The notes beneath the pieces are model-generated. The model saw only the letters and a list, made by a program, of their open reading frames with translations, did no database searches and was not told the origin of the DNA. A DNA stretch of 18,964 nt from the NCBI GenBank assembly GCA_964244895.1, contig CAXTKV010000095.1, positions 1 to 18,964 of the forward strand. Direction: 5' to 3'. Made by a program: the position numbers and the translations under genes. Of the stretch, positions 15,613 to 18,964 are shown in pieces. The stretch comes from an uncultured Deinococcales bacterium (GTDB lineage: Bacteria > Deinococcota > Deinococci > Deinococcales > JAAFIG01). The stretch's first letter is position 1. Each line of letters opens with the position of its first letter.

Positions 15613-16266
15613 TCAATCCAATGTCACACCGAGCAGATGCACCAGATCCACGGCCTGATCCAAGCCGACGATCGCGCCCCGAACGTCCTTCGCGTGCGCG
15701 ATCAGACCGCCCAGTCTCGAACCGCGAAAGTCGGTGCCCGTCAGGTTCGCGTCCCGAAAATCGGTTCTCGAGAGGTCGCAGGCCACAAACCGCACGCCGG
15801 ACAGGTTCGCACCCTGGAAGGATGCCTCGCGCAGGTCGACGCGCTTGAAGAACGTGTTTTTCAGGCGAGCGCCCATCAAAAGCCCGTACCGCCAGTCGCC
15901 ACCCGTGACGCGCAGGTCGTCCAGCACGGCCTCCGACAAGCTCGCGCCCAATGATCGGCAATCGGTGAACTCGAGGCGTTGACCGACGAGCTTTTCCAGG
16001 GTGCAGCCGGACAGGTCGCAACTTGCGAAGCTCGCGTCGTACAGTCGCGGCTGCGTCAGCTTCGAATCCTTGAATGAAACCCGCTCCAGTTGCACCCGCT
16101 CGAAGGTCACGTCCCTGGCGCGCGCTCCGGCGCGATCCTGGTTCTCGAGCCGGAGGTTCTGATACCGGGCGTCGTCGGTCAAGGCGGCGTCCGGGAAGAC
16201 CCGAGCGGCATCTTCGTCCGGGCGCTCTGGGGCGCGCGGTTGCGGGTCTGAGGGCTTTTTCGGCAC
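15613..16266 (-). CDS. Pentapeptide repeat protein
   Basis: Runs of A(D/N)Lxx-type pentapeptides (VDLRE ASFQG ANLSG VRFVA CDLSR TDFRD ANLTG TDFRG). GTG start just after TATCTT. Confidence 0.9.
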   Translation of the reverse strand: MPKKPSDPQPRAPERPDEDAARVFPDAALTDDARYQNLRLENQDRAGARARDVTFERVQLERVSFKDSKLTQPRLYDASFASCDLSGCTLEKLVGQRLEFTDCRSLGASLSEAVLDDLRVTGGDWRYGLLMGARLKNTFFKRVDLREASFQGANLSGVRFVACDLSRTDFRDANLTGTDFRGSRLGGLIAHAKDVRGAIVGLDQAVDLVHLLGVTLD

Positions 16267-16280
16267 GCCTTAAGATACCC

Positions 16281-16340
16281 GAAAGACCGTCCCGGACGGC
16301 GCTCCTTCGGGTGCAAAAATCGCGTGCCGAACGGTCTTTT
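16281..16340. repeat. REP-like composite repeat, copy 9
   Basis: GAAAGACCGTCCCGGACGGCGCTC, spacer, GCGTGCCGAACGGTCTTTT. It abuts the LacI stop codon. Confidence 0.8.
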
Positions 16341-17356
16341 TAGTCCCGTGAAGCGCGCGCATCGGTGGAGCGCCGCTCGATCAAACGGGGTTCAAAACGC
16401 ACCTGGCGGGCTGGCCCGTTGAAACCGCCCAACCGATCCACCAGCAACTCCGCCGCGCTCGAACCCATCGCCTCGACGGGCTGATGAATCGTGGACAGAC
16501 CGCGAGCGCTCGTCCAGGGTTGATCGTCGAAACCGATCAATCGAACATCCAGACCCAACTGCAGGCCGCGCCGTTCGGCCTCGTCCAGCACGCCAGCGGC
16601 CAGAAGATCGGCGGCGGCAAAGACATTGATCGGCGGCTGATGCGCGTCCAGCATGTCCCGCGCGGCGGCGCGGGCGGCGTCCAGGTTGAAACTGACGCGG
16701 TGAACGTGCGATTTCGGAAGCTCGCGACCGGCTGCCTCGAGCGCCCGCTGAAAGCCGACCAGTCGCTCCTCGAGCACCGTCGAGTTGAACACTTCGTCGA
16801 GCGCATTGCGGGTCGAGAGCGCGAACATCGGCCCCTCGAAGCCCGTAAATCGTTCACCCGCCAGTCGGCCCCCGAGGTCGTTGTCCAGAAAAACGCTGTC
16901 GTAATGCGGGCTCGAGCCGTCCACCACGACCACGGCCTGCTTGGTCGGCAGCAGGCCGTCCTGAAACAGTTCGCCCAGGTTGTGGGTCGCCATCACGATG
17001 CCGTCCGCTTGATAAACCAGCGTGTTCGAGTTCAGGTAACGTTCCAGCCGCTCGCGCGACAGCAGCGGGAACAGCGCCGAATCGTAACGGTGCGCGTCCA
17101 GGGTGCCTTCCAGCCCGTTCAGCAGGCGGATGTAGAACTCCGTGGACACCACAGGCAGCATGATCGAAACCGTGTACGACCGACCACCCGCCACGCGCCG
17201 CGCGTGCGGGTTGGGGATGTACCCGAGCTGGTTCATCGCGTTCAGCACGCGGTCGCGGGTTTCCGGACGGACGCTGGGGTGGTTGTTCATGACCCTCGAA
17301 ACGGTTCCGACCCCGACCCCGGCGCGCTCCGCGACTTGCTGAATGGTGAGTTTCAA
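16340..17356 (-). CDS. LacI family transcriptional regulator
   Basis: Start revised to TTG 17356 (AGGGGA RBS). HTH TIQQVAERAGVGVGTVSRVMN, hinge YIPNPHAR, and IGFDD and LSTIHQP motifs. Confidence 0.93.
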   Translation of the reverse strand: MKLTIQQVAERAGVGVGTVSRVMNNHPSVRPETRDRVLNAMNQLGYIPNPHARRVAGGRSYTVSIMLPVVSTEFYIRLLNGLEGTLDAHRYDSALFPLLSRERLERYLNSNTLVYQADGIVMATHNLGELFQDGLLPTKQAVVVVDGSSPHYDSVFLDNDLGGRLAGERFTGFEGPMFALSTRNALDEVFNSTVLEERLVGFQRALEAAGRELPKSHVHRVSFNLDAARAAARDMLDAHQPPINVFAAADLLAAGVLDEAERRGLQLGLDVRLIGFDDQPWTSARGLSTIHQPVEAMGSSAAELLVDRLGGFNGPARQVRFEPRLIERRSTDARASRD

Positions 17357-17497
17357 CGTGTCTTCCCCTGGGCTCGCTGATGGCGGCTCGAGCCGATGCG
17401 AATTCGATGCTTTGAGGCACGCATCATACCTTCGGCCCCGGTGCGATCCCGTCTCGAGCGCCCGGACGGATCGCGCCGCACCGCGACCCACGAGCAG

Positions 17498-17550
17498 GAG
17501 CACCGTCCAGCACGCATATTTGAAAATGCGTGCTGGACGGTATTCTCGAG
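17498..17550. repeat. REP-like inverted doublet, copy 10
   Basis: GAGCACCGTCCAGCACGCAT-ATTTGAAA-ATGCGTGCTGGACGGTATTC, ending in CTCGAG just beyond the valS stop codon. Confidence 0.9.
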
Positions 17551-17551
17551 C

Positions 17552-18964
<1,413 letters not shown>

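Noticed and set aside
15613..16266. Pentapeptide protein as a Qnr/MfpA quinolone-resistance gene
   Set aside because: The repeat pattern alone cannot assign that function, and there is no mobile or resistance context.
372..17550. Palindromic repeats as a CRISPR array
   Set aside because: The copies are dispersed singly between genes, are degenerate, and lack regular unique spacers. No cas genes are present.

Overview
High-GC bacterial chromosome segment, very likely Deinococcota. The RpoZ and Gmk sequences look Deinococcus-type, there is an RqkA-like kinase, and several genes have -10 boxes about 6-8 nt before the start codon. The gene content is mostly ordinary: a partial FAD oxidoreductase, a 950-aa PilX/ComZ-like (DUF4900-type) minor pilin, a LEA_2/WHy lipoprotein, a cupin, an SDR, a membrane HD-GYP protein, a PQQ-propeller Ser/Thr kinase, a divergent quinone oxidoreductase/LysR pair, marC, argR, rpoZ, gmk, a Crp/Fnr regulator, a pentapeptide-repeat protein, a LacI regulator and partial valS. 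I found no transposase, CRISPR array, tRNA or rRNA. The unexplained structure is mostly non-coding. (1) A REP-like palindrome family with core GAACACCGTCC(AGCACGC) has about 10 full or composite copies plus half-copies, occupies most intergenic gaps, and often abuts stop codons or ends in CTCGAG. (2) CTCGAG is about 10-fold over-abundant (about 70 copies by hand count), reminiscent of HIP1. (3) Short tandem duplications of a gene start (gmk, producing chained MRRNR mini-ORFs) and of a gene end (HD-GYP) lie next to those repeats. (4) An in-frame C21 tract in the pilin-like gene is either a contingency locus or a sequencing artefact. All product calls come from motif recognition; no database searches were run.
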